A stretch of DNA of 60,178 nucleotides, the filler included, from Sphacelaria rigidula (lineage: Eukaryota), in the NCBI GenBank assembly GCA_964200075.2. It is 8 parts of 8 records of this genome, joined end to end, with 100 filler letters (N's around TTAATTAATTAA, not from the genome) between each part and the next. Parts side by side here need not be neighbours in the genome. Positions count along the whole stretch, not along the records: positions 45,211 to 52,644 come from CAXNAA020014933.1; positions 52,745 to 60,178 come from CAXNAA020014934.1; 6 more parts are not named here. One strand, written 5' to 3'. Of this stretch, positions 49,655 to 60,178 are shown piece by piece. Under the pieces are notes generated by a model, which searched no databases, was not told the origin of the DNA, and saw only the letters and a list, made by a program, of their open reading frames with translations. How positions within the stretch are numbered: the stretch's first letter is position 1; each line of letters opens with the position of its first letter. The position numbers and the translations under genes are program-made.

Positions 49655-49919
49655 GGCCCATTATACGGCCAATACTTGGAGTTGGACCCTGAAACTTGGT
49701 ATGGCCAATGAGCAGGGCATGATAAAAAAAATATTGGCGTACAAAAGAGGTTTTTCTCATGAGTTAAGAGCAATAATCAGTTTTCAGTATCGGTAAAATC
49801 ACCCTGACTCATGAAAAAAAAAACCTTATATACGCCAGTAAGACGTTTTTGTTATGCCCTACTCATTGTCCATACCAAATTTCAGGGTCCAGCTCCAAGT
49901 ATTTGCTGTATAATGGACC
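49655..49919. mobile_element. Hairpin MITE with imperfect inverted arms of about 110 bp
   Basis: AATACTTGGAG.TGGACCCTGAAA.TTGGTATGG pairs with CCATACCAAATTTCAGGGTCCAGCTCCAAGTATT. Confidence 0.75.
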
Positions 49920-50048
49920 TGCAATCTGCAGAATCGCTTCTCGGCTGCCCCAGCTCGTAGCACGTTCAAGTAGGAGTGAAGAATAGTACTCGAGAAAAAC
50001 TCAAAAGCTACAACAACCATGAATTCTGAAAACTTCTGATGCTGACTA

Positions 50049-50400
50049 CTATATCTTATCCCCGTCCTGTTTCGCCGTCTCTGGCCACCATCTATCTCCT
50101 AGTATAGTAATCGTTTTCTCCCAACTGTCCAATGCATCAAATGGTTTATTGCCACCTTCGTTCACGTCCCGCATCTCCCCCTCTAGCACGTCCCGTTCCT
50201 CCTTATATAGTTCATATTCTGCCACTATATGACTTCTGCTCTCTATGCCCTTGCCACAGAGGCAGTTCTGTCCATCTACTTCCTCCTCCTTTCGACTACT
50301 GGTATATCTCTTCCTTCTTTCTGGCAGGTCCAGGCCCCCCACCCGAAATCGCAATTCATATGGATTGCCCTGTGTCCAGGGTGCTTCCAATTTCAATTCA
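50049..50400 (-). mobile_element. Non-LTR retrotransposon ORF2 C-terminal fragment (degenerate CCHC knuckle)
   Basis: LRFRVGGLDLPERRKRY...CLCGKGIESRSHIVAEYELYKEER...ILGDRWW. Confidence 0.7.
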
Positions 50401-52644
50401 TTTCGGTGTTTGGAACGTTGCCGTCTCGGATTTCGACGGTAAACCTGGAGTGGTCTCGGCTGGGCCCTCTACTCTAAAATGAAGGTGTGCTCGTAAGTTA
50501 TTTTGTACTTAAACGTGGCGTTTATCCCCTTACGGTAGGTAGTGGAGGGACTGGTGGACTCGTTCCAGTACCAAAACGCCCAGGTACCATCATGTAAATG
50601 CTTTGTTTTGTGTCTCGTTCGAATCACGTGTTGCATGAAAAACTACCTGTACTGCAGTATGGTTGCGTCCTCGCATTCCGTGCCAAAAACTACGGTCCCC
50701 GCGCCTCGTACACAGTACAGTTCATGATAACCAGAGCATGTCGGTGGCGTCTATTTCACGCATATCCGTTTTGATCTGGTACGGTATACTAGTTCGTACA
50801 GCACGGAGCATGCGGCAGTACTAGATCGAAAAACTGGTACACCACATTTCCAAGTGCAACAACGATGGACTCGCTGGCATTTCTCCTGCGTGCTTTCGAA
50901 TAAAGCGTCATGAAACATGAGGAGCAATACCGTGACAAGCTGCCACAGGAGAGTACAACGCTGTAGTGCACAAGCGCGCTAGCACGGTGTTGGCAACACG
51001 GAAACGCTAGCGCGCGTGCTGCTCGAAAATAACGCGCTCCGCCCGTGTAATTTAATTCAGTGCGTTTTATTGAATTTCAATGCAGAGGTTACCCTACGGG
51101 TATGGAGTCGATACTACTGTGTACCAACCGCCGTCGAAAGTGTGAGGACGTGAAGAGGAGATGGCTTGATCCCTTGAGACCACGGACTCGCCCCGAGGAA
51201 GGGAGGGGTTCAAAGTGCGACAAATAAATAAGGTCGTGGGCCCGTGTGATCGAGTCCAAAAATGTGGGAGCGCGAGGTGATAGTGATAGATAGTGATTGT
51301 GACGGTTGGGGATCTTTATTCTTCTTTCATGATTTCGATTGGTTGTGATTTGATGCCACATTCTCACCTCCCCCCAAAGTCACTCTCACGAAAAAAACCT
51401 TCTGGGAATTAATTTTCGTGAGAGCGGGTGGACATTTGGGTGAGAATGCGAAGAGCAACGTCACATGGTTGCAAGGCGTGGGCTGTTGGGCTCTTCATGG
51501 GACAGACGGTTGGCTTCCCGTCACTAGCAGCATTAGCCACGCTGGCTTCAATCCCATCACCAGCAGTGGCCACGTGTGGGGGACACACTCCACGTGCACA
51601 GCTCCCACAGAGAGATGCGCACAGCTACATATTTCATCACTTCGCCGAGTGAGCAAGCATAAACCCATCGGCGGGTAAGACGTACTAGCGCTGTCCAACA
51701 CGGTGGCGATCACTCGCAAGGTGCGTGGGTGTTGTCGCACGGTCGAAACACGGACCGTCTACAATCAAGAGCAGCAGCAGTAGCAGCAATAGCAGCATCG
51801 GTAGCGGCTGATTCAGACCCACCCCCAGCCGTACACAGTTACTGGCAATAAAGATGCTGCTGCTGCTGCTGCTTCTCGTGCGGGAGGCGGTCCGCGTTTC
51901 GACGTGCGACAATATCCATGCACCTGTCGCGTTATTGCCCCCTCCTATATAAAATCGACTCTGATCTGTTCGCGAGTTGTTACCCCCATATAGTAGCATT
52001 TTCAATACGAGTACAAATCTCTTGTTCCCCCCTGTATTGGACGTTGACTTCATTCCCATCACCAGCGGCAGCCAGCAGTTGCTTTCGAATTTTGTCACAT
52101 TTATGCACTCCCGCCCCCACCCCAGCTTGTGGGGGGTGGGTAGGGAAAACCTCATGAATCACCCGTTCAAAAACGGTGTGACTCCTCACGTATCCGACCG
52201 TTGGCTACCATCTGGAGATTGCGCTGAGCGCAGTCGCACCAGCCTCATATCAAGGCAAATCTCCCCACCAACCTGCGTGTGCACCTATTTTGTGGTGTAC
52301 ACACACCGCTAGCCACCGTCCTGCCGACAAAAACCCCACCGACGTGTATCACACAAGGAAAAAATACACGCATCCCACACTCTACCCCACTGGAACACCG
52401 GCGACAACGTGTGCCGGCAAACGAAGGGGTACCATGTTTCTGTCGACCCACGGCCTGCTCCGGTCTCGCCATGCGTATAGCGCTGGGACCGCGCCTGCGA
52501 CTAAGAATCGGATGAATTCCCTCACGATCGCGTGCTCACGATCCCCTCCGTGTCCGCTTCACAGAGTAAAGGAAAACGGACAGTCCACCGCAGGGGGTAG
52601 GCCTTAGTCATCAGATATCACACGCCTGCTGGACCCTGCCATCG

Positions 52645-52744
52645 NNNNNNNNNNNNNNNNNNNNNNNNNNNNNNNNNNNNNNNNNNNNTTAATTAATTAA
52701 NNNNNNNNNNNNNNNNNNNNNNNNNNNNNNNNNNNNNNNNNNNN
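52645..52744. other. Artificial contig spacer
   Basis: N44-TTAATTAATTAA-N44. Confidence 0.98.
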
Positions 52745-53730
52745 CCACTTAAAGCGAATGATCAAAGCCACTCTCAATCGTATCATCTACTCTCAATCTC
52801 ACGAAAACACTGTTAGTAGTAGTAGGGAAGAATAGTACTCCAGAAAACTAAAAAAATGGAACAACTACGAATTCTGAAAACTTCGATGCTGACTACTATA
52901 CACAAAAATTATTGATCGACATGGCATGGGTTTGGGTGGTGGGTGCATGGTGGCGCCGAGGGTGAGAAAATAGCCGTCCCCGGGCGGTGGTTCCTACCGA
53001 GACCTGGGGGTTGTATCCACTACTTGAGCATAATATAGCGTGCGAATGGCAATACGTTCGAGTTATATACATCATTTTGTTTTTGGTATATTTGAGATAA
53101 AGAGCAAATAAGAAAAGCAGAACAAAAAATTCCTGACCCGGGGATTTAATGCACCCATATCCCCTCCCCCCCCCCCCCCTGTCACACGGCCGGCAGTATC
53201 TGTCATTTTGAGGTGTTAAACGCGAATAAATGGCGATGCACCTCTTTACCTAAACACACGACGAGCGCATCGATGGAGCATGGAATTTGGATCGCTGAAA
53301 TTCTCCGAAGTTGTTTCTTCGCGTAGGACCTCAACATTTCGGGTATGGAATTCCCAAATTTGTAGGGCGTGTAGCAGTTGTCGATAATAGCTACCAGTAG
53401 GTAGCTCTAAAGGAAAGGAATCATATTTCGAATATTTGGTGTGAATACGAAGATTCTAATCCTCCTCGTTCTCATCCTCAATGAAAAGCTCCATCCTCCA
53501 CTTCGATGATCGGCTGTTTCATCAAGTATTTTTGATCTTCGACCCCTCGTTTCTCACCACTCGGGGATGAAAAAATAGCTATATCCCTTCTCCACGTAGG
53601 ATGAGAGTGTCATCTACCGTTTTGCCTACTTACACGGGTATCTTACAGAATACAAATTAAATGACGATGCCGCTCAACACGCGGGAGAGATCGGTTCCGA
53701 CCACATTTTCGTGAGATTGAGAGCAAAGCA

Positions 53731-53988
53731 ATGCTACGGTAGGGGTGCACTTTTTTCGCGAAATTATGTCTAGTCCAAGAGCTCCAAGAGCTCCTAACGA
53801 TTCTAGATGCACAAAACTATGGGTCAGGGTATTCCCGTTTGCAAATTTATTCGGGATATCCCCAGCACATTGGAGTAGTAATCCTGGCGTACTTTCACAT
53901 ATTTTCAAATATCGTGTTTTGCATGAGATAAAGGGCTCCTAACAATTCTAACCCCTCAGAAAATATTTGTGCACCCCTACCGTAGCAT
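53731..53988. mobile_element. MITE, second copy of the 42410-42659 family
   Basis: ATGCTACGGTAGGGGTGCAC / GTGCACCCCTACCGTAGCAT perfect 20-bp TIR. Confidence 0.85.
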
Positions 53989-56794
53989 CACTCAGCACAG
54001 CGTTGATCAAGAGTGGGTTTTATCACTCGCTTCAACTTGACCAATTTTCCGTTCTCTCTGTGTGTTTTTTTTCACCTGTAACACTGGCGTGTGCTTACAG
54101 CTACACGTCGATATCCTACTCAGGGATATCAAGGACTTCAGTGGCAAGCTACTACTTACTACATACAGATGGCGTATCGGGCTTTGTGGAGGGACATTTC
54201 GGAAATTAGACTATTGATTCATTATTTGACCGCTTCTCACTCTCAATCGTACCCTATATTATTCTCAATCGCACGAACGCATTGTTTTACGCGTATTCAT
54301 CCCACCGTGCTGCTTGATGACCCGCCCCCCTTCTCCTCATCCCCTTTCTCGGGTACAATATCAACGGATTCCCTCCCGGAGCAGTTTCCGCGGGAAGGGG
54401 ATCGAAGTTATCGAGCGTGTCAGCCATTTGCGGCCGGACAGCAGGAACCTGCACACGTGACAGGTATAATAGATAGAAAAAGCCTATTATAGAAACCCAC
54501 CCTAAACTAACTAGTACTCGTACGAGTAATACCTCTTGTTTTTCTTCGCGGGGCTACAGACACCCTGAGGAAAATGTTTTTACGACTCCTCGCGACCGAC
54601 TCGCTGTCAGCGCCTCTTAAATACACGAATAGCGATGCCCCTGCACGCGCAAGTGGTGATTAGAATGTGTACAGTATATATATGCTACGTACATTCAGAT
54701 TTGAGATAACCCCAGCCCCCTCCCCGACGATGAAATGAGCATGTCATCTCCCAAACGCCTTTCCCCGGGGGGTGTCATTCGACGACTAAGCCGTTTGGGG
54801 TTGGACTATACGGTGCTTCAAAACTTATGATGAAACGTGTCATCAACGTATGAGCGCCCTCATCATGTACCAGGTACCAGGATAGTCAGGGGCACCACCG
54901 TGGGTTTACGATAGGCCAAAACGGCGGATACCACCCCCGGGGACGGCTACTTTCCTACCCTGGGAAAACGATAGTTTAATCTCTTGTGAGACTTCAGCTA
55001 TGCCTTGGTGTTTCTCCAAAGAGTTATGTGCCATGCCCTGGCCATGCACTAACTTTTCGAGTTTTGTCTGAGGTCTTGAATATATTGAAACGGCCGAATC
55101 GCAAGAGAGGTAACATTAGCCCGCAACTTGGTCTGCGTTAAAAATGAATTAGTCACGGCCCACCCGTCGGTCCGAGATCCAGAGTGTTGGAACTTTATTT
55201 GGCGTGTGCGATACCGGACTTCACCCGACGCAGCCGCAAGTTTTTCCTACCCCCACTTCTTCGATGGCCTTGTAGATACAATTTCGGAGTTACATTTCTG
55301 TTAACTTATCATGACATGCACATTGTGTTCAACGCCTTGAACTTGTGATGTTGGATGTGAGATGGCCATTTTCCACTGAAAAAATGGTTGGTTGGTGTCG
55401 CGAAAGGCGCGTCAGATTCAGCGTTTCCACTGAATTCCAGTCGAAACACGTTCCTCTCTCTCGATTGAAGTCAGAAGTGGGCCCGCGGAACTGGTTGGTA
55501 AATAACATTGTGTTGAGATTGTTCCTTCTAAAACATGGTGACGCGAGATTGATGCCCCGAGTTTAAGGCGACCACTCGATGTGTTCACTTTTTTTTCACA
55601 AGTTTGCCGTCCGGTTCGACCGTCGGTCACGTGAAAATTCCGCCTGATATCAGGTCATCTTCCAATTGAACACGATACTGTTTCAACAAATACATCCACC
55701 TTGGCGGTCGAAGAGTTAAGGCCTTTCCCACCCAGGTTGCTCATTGGACGGGCATTGGGAGGATCACTGCACGGTTACGCCTTCGCAACGCGAGAAGATG
55801 CGGTTACCACGTGAACTACGCCGAGGATAGTGGTTCTTCCTGCATGAGCCATGGCCAGCAGCGATCACCAACTAATCACTGTTACACTTGAAAAAAGAAA
55901 CAGGTAGATTCGCGATAATCGCATCGATAACAACAGCACATACATGTGGTCGTGCATGTGCATGCATCGAGGTTTGATAATCAGACTTCATGCGCGAAAG
56001 TAACACACTCACGTTCACCTGCCCCCTCAACCGTGGCCAAAAACGGTTGCTTCACGCCCAGTTGGCGAAACTTTATCGAAAAAAAACACTTCCATGCACA
56101 GTGGACGAAACTTCGTAACCGCCCATGTCCGCCTACATATAAGCATACCCGAAAAAACAAATGATAGCTGTGGACCGATACTGCACCGAGCAGGCGTCCC
56201 GCGTAGATCATAACTCCACGATAAGGGGCTGCTCAGCTACTCTTCGCCCATATCTTCGCCGTAAGCGACACGCAGAAAGCTTAACCGTCTTTTCGACCTC
56301 GGAAAAGTGGACTCCAGTTCTAGAGTCAGCGTATCGAACCTACACTCTTCAGTTGGCACTCGGTGTGCTCAACTCTAGATCCTGACCCTTTCTAAAATAA
56401 AGCATGTATATTTCCGGCTCGATTTACAGGAAACGTGTGTGCGGTCTACCGTATTCGAACGCGTGTCTTCCCTCACTTTTCTAGTCCAACACATTGCTTC
56501 GTTCGTGTCTCGACCTGACCTGCTGCAACAATATACCGCTTGACTTACACCCTTTTCCATGCGCTTACACGACATGACCCCTACCACAACACTCACTAAA
56601 CACTTTACAGCTTATTCGACAATACTATGCTGCGGATACCCTTGCCATACCCTTGGCAACGGCTTAGCACCATACGATCGGCGCCATACGATCGGAGCGT
56701 GAAACAACACAAACGAGAGGAAATTGCTTGACGCCCCGGGTCTCAAATCGCTTGTTCGCTGTTCGACAAAAACCGATGTATCACCCCTCCCTCT

Positions 56795-56833
<39 letters not shown>

Positions 56834-57502
56834 ACCCCCCCCCCCCCACCCAACACCAAAAAAACACCAAAANNNNNNNNNNTTGGCCCCCCGGGTCCCC
56901 AATCGCCTGTTCGCTGGTTCAAAAAAACCCGTTTTTCCCCCCCCCCCCCCTCCCCCCCCCCCCCCCCCCTCTTCAACCTCTTTCTGAACACAACGCTGCA
57001 AGCTAACAAGGTCACAGTTGCTTACCAAGACACTCTCCATACATAACCACGGTGCCGCGATGGCACCGCTATCCTGAAAAAACAGTTAATTCCATCAGGA
57101 TGGTTTTTACAATCTCGAAAACAAGCACACCGGGCAAACACCGACCATCCCACCCCTCGGCATGCACAACTGTCTGTATCGGGCACTCCTCATCCCTCTC
57201 TCCGTCATATTTCTCCTATCCACGATCCGATGCTTGGTTCTTGCGTTGAATCCACGAGAACTGACTCATCAACCATGACCATGGAATTACTGCGTGGCCA
57301 AAAAACAACACGCACTTCTCAGGAGCGCGCCAGTAAACAAACACACAGCAACAACGCGAACCCACCCGTAACACCAAAGTAGAGCTACGTCGAGGTCAAC
57401 ACGTGGGTGCCAAACCCCGCCGATAAGCCAGAAGGCTAAACGACCTTGACGTAATACATGAGCGTGAACGAAACACAAGCAAAAACTAGCGCAAAAGTTA
57501 AC

Positions 57503-57700
57503 TCAGCATGATCCTTCCTTACCGGCCGCCCCCGGGGACGGCCCGTTGAGCCCCCAGTCGTAGTCAAAGTGCGACACCTTCAGCTTATCCTGGTTCTTTC
57601 CGACATGCTCGCGCACGTCCTCGGGCATGTAGGGCATCAAGGCGTCGAGAACGGAAGCGTGCCCGGCCTTCGTGAAGTCGTCCGCGAACCACTGGAACAC
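57503..57700 (-). CDS. DUF547-domain protein, last exon (VFQWFADDF...FDYDWGLNG)
   Basis: LSK|.F.W...DF and YDW.LN motifs of DUF547; CAG acceptor; 66 codons including the stop. Confidence 0.85.
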   Translation of the reverse strand: MFQWFADDFTKAGHASVLDALMPYMPEDVREHVGKNQDKLKVSHFDYDWGLNGPSPGAAGKEGSC

Positions 57701-58489
57701 CTGCGTGTTGTTTCGTTTTGTGTATGTGTGTGCCCGCGCGCGCGTGTTTTGGTGCGTATTAGGCTGCAGGAGGTTTTGAGAGGGGATGGGGCTTTCGGTT
57801 TGGTGTATGCGAAGTGTGTACACGAGGGTGTGCTTAGAAGGATACTTGGTATGGGTGCGGTCACGTATATGTGCCCACACACGTGAATCTCCAGCACTTT
57901 TGACACACGAGTCCCAGCGTTCCTAAGAGTTTGCTATTTTTGATTCCTGGGCGACGGAAATGTGAACAGGAGTTTGTCGGCAATGATGAACCGCAATGCG
58001 TCACTGTGTAGAGCTGAGATCAGACGCCGAACACCGAACGCACAGAGCAGCATGACTGTCCATATTATCATTCGTATTGATATTGACGCCTCACAACTTT
58101 CGCTCCGGTCGAACATACGGACAGGCAACATTGAGAAACTCTCCTAGTCAAACAAAATGCAAGGGCCTTCCCTCTGTAAAAATACCGGCTGTCTCGGCCA
58201 GCAGTTTGACAGTAGAGCCTCATGAATCCCTTGGCCGCCAACATCGTCATGTTCCATGAGTCGAACTTGCATTGGTCACGCGCTGGAGTGCAATTGACTT
58301 TCCAACCCTCGATGGTCTATTTTTTGTATGGGATCAGCGGTTGACAATTCGGTTTATCTCGGAGAAGCATGGAAGACACCAAGGGCGATTGAACGTGCAT
58401 ATAACCACACGCACGGGTACAACATTACACGATGCACTCCGCGCATTAGTGATGCCAGTATATTTGAACTGTGCTCAACAGTGCATTCC

Positions 58490-58527
<38 letters not shown>

Positions 58528-59848
58528 GGGGGGGGGGAGGTAGGCTGTCGTAATAGCTCGCCCTCGGAACTCGAGACAAATCTTTAGTCACGTGCGATCA
58601 ACCGACCTCTCTCGCGGTACCCTTCTTTCATCTTAATTTCCGAGCAGTGGATGATGATGATTCCCGCACCACATCGACTCTCAAAACAAACAGTTTTCCA
58701 TTTTTGTCGGATTTTCGAACGTCGGTACTGAGAGGAAGTACGATCACTATCGGGATTCGAGCCCAAAAAATCAACCTAGACTAGCATTGCCTGAAATGGT
58801 TGGACCACAGAGAAACAGCTATAATCCGCTTCAACGCTCGACTCAACATTTGGATACTCATGAAGGGTGACTCGTTCTGTCGCACGACCACATGCGTACC
58901 GCTAATCATCACGGTCACGAGTCTTCAAGGGTCGGACGAATTAATGATTCGTTCGGAAATTACTTGATTCTAGTGTGATTGATTCGTACGGTACGAATCA
59001 ATCCTTGCGCTTTGTTTTCAGCATTGCAACCCAGGTACGCGAAGCCCAGGTACGTGGAATGGCGAGAGGGTTGCGTGAAGACCTGTTTGACCAGCGGTCG
59101 ACATTTGTCTCTCGATTAATTAGGCCTAGAAATCGTGGATTTGTAGGGTTGGGGACTGGACCAGTATCTACTGATAATATTTCTGTACTGGCAGTTTTCC
59201 TGTACTGCGCCAGAGGCTGCCAGTACAGCCAGTACATACCCACCTTACGTACGTCCTATATTATGGCTACTAAACCACATGGAAACCCACCAAAACAGCG
59301 ACGCATGAAAGGCAGGAGAGGAGAGAGGTTGAGAACAGGGCACACACACACTAGAGGGGGACCACAAAATCGATGGACCAATATGTCACTAGCAGCTGCA
59401 ACCCGCCAGCTTCAGACCCGAGCCCGGGGCCTCAGATCCCTGAACCCACCGCGGCCTCCAGCGAATCAGGATTGTAGAAGTTCTTCTCTGGGTACACTGA
59501 CAACTATTTGAAGGAGAAAAGTTCTCACACCCGGGCAGGCATCATCGAAGTGGCCCAAAATCACCCCAGAAAGATCTTCTAGTGAAGCAAAATCGCGTAA
59601 AAATACGCCTCCGGCGGGACCCCCTCACCAGCCGGCGGGGGGCGGTGGTCGCGGCTTCACCGCGACACCAATGTACTGGTAGGACCCAGTAAAGTGGCTG
59701 CTCTCCGCAGCCACTTTACCTGGTACTGCCGCGTAGCGCCAGTCCCCAACCCTATGGATTTGGTGATTCGAACCGCCAATGATTCGTCCGAACCATGAAC
59801 GTAAATAAACGTGGTAGCTAAAAAGTGGAGCCTGACCTTTACACGTAC

Positions 59849-60040
59849 CTTGGATAGCGTGATGACACCTGCCGCCTTGTCCAACATCAACCCTTTTTTC
59901 TCATTGCTGAGGAAATGGCGCATATTAGCAGCCATATCTTCATCGATGGTTTCAGGCCTGTACACCTTAAGAGCCACATCTGGGCAACTGGCGGATGCGC
60001 ACACAATGCACGCGTGCAGCAGGGGGTCTGCAGGGTATCC
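59849..60040 (-). CDS. DUF547-domain protein exon (DPLLHACIVCASASCP...ITLSK)
   Basis: DP.IH.AL.CAS.SCP motif; TTTGCAG acceptor, GTACGT donor, phase 0. Confidence 0.88.
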
Positions 60041-60178
60041 CTGCAAATACAAAACGGACACAGAAAATATCAAGGCGCAAGCGCGCGCGGGGGGGGGGGG
60101 GGGGGGGGGGGGGAAAAAAAGGGGAACGATTCTTGTTTTTTGGAGAACCGCAAAAAATGAAAAAAACAAGATAAAGGG

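Noticed and set aside
7436-52744. Regularly spaced TTAATTAATTAA motif as a biological repeat or CRISPR-like array
   Set aside because: It is embedded in fixed N runs and is a six-frame-stop linker; no cas genes or spacer structure.

Overview
Eukaryotic, intron-rich and repeat-rich DNA, most consistent with a brown alga (Phaeophyceae; inferred from gene structure, RP2, and the RTE/Gypsy/SINE content). The window is not one locus. It is eight segments of almost identical length (six of 7435 bp, two of 7434 bp) joined by an identical 100-bp artificial spacer (N44-TTAATTAATTAA-N44), which looks like a length-sorted concatenation of unplaced contigs. Gene fragments I could splice by hand: a PUF60-like RRM protein (contig 1, +), a J-domain/DnaJ protein (contig 3, -), an orphan terminal exon (contig 4, +), a near-complete RP2/XRP2 TBCC-domain gene (contig 5, -) and the 3' end of a DUF547 protein (contig 8, -). 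The most notable element fills contig 6 (- strand): a multi-exon, degenerate KDZ (Kyakuja-Dileera-Zisupton)/HMGXB3-like transposase gene. It has SWIM-like, CxC4-like, SAP-like and KDZ-core motifs, and is preceded by two RanBP2-type zinc fingers that bracket a Gly/Trp-rich tandem repeat. The rest is Ty3/Gypsy pol, LINE fragments, tRNA-derived SINEs, several MITE families (one hAT-type with an 8-bp TSD), a nested foldback element, a telomere-like array and microsatellites. All family assignments come from motif recognition, not from database searches.
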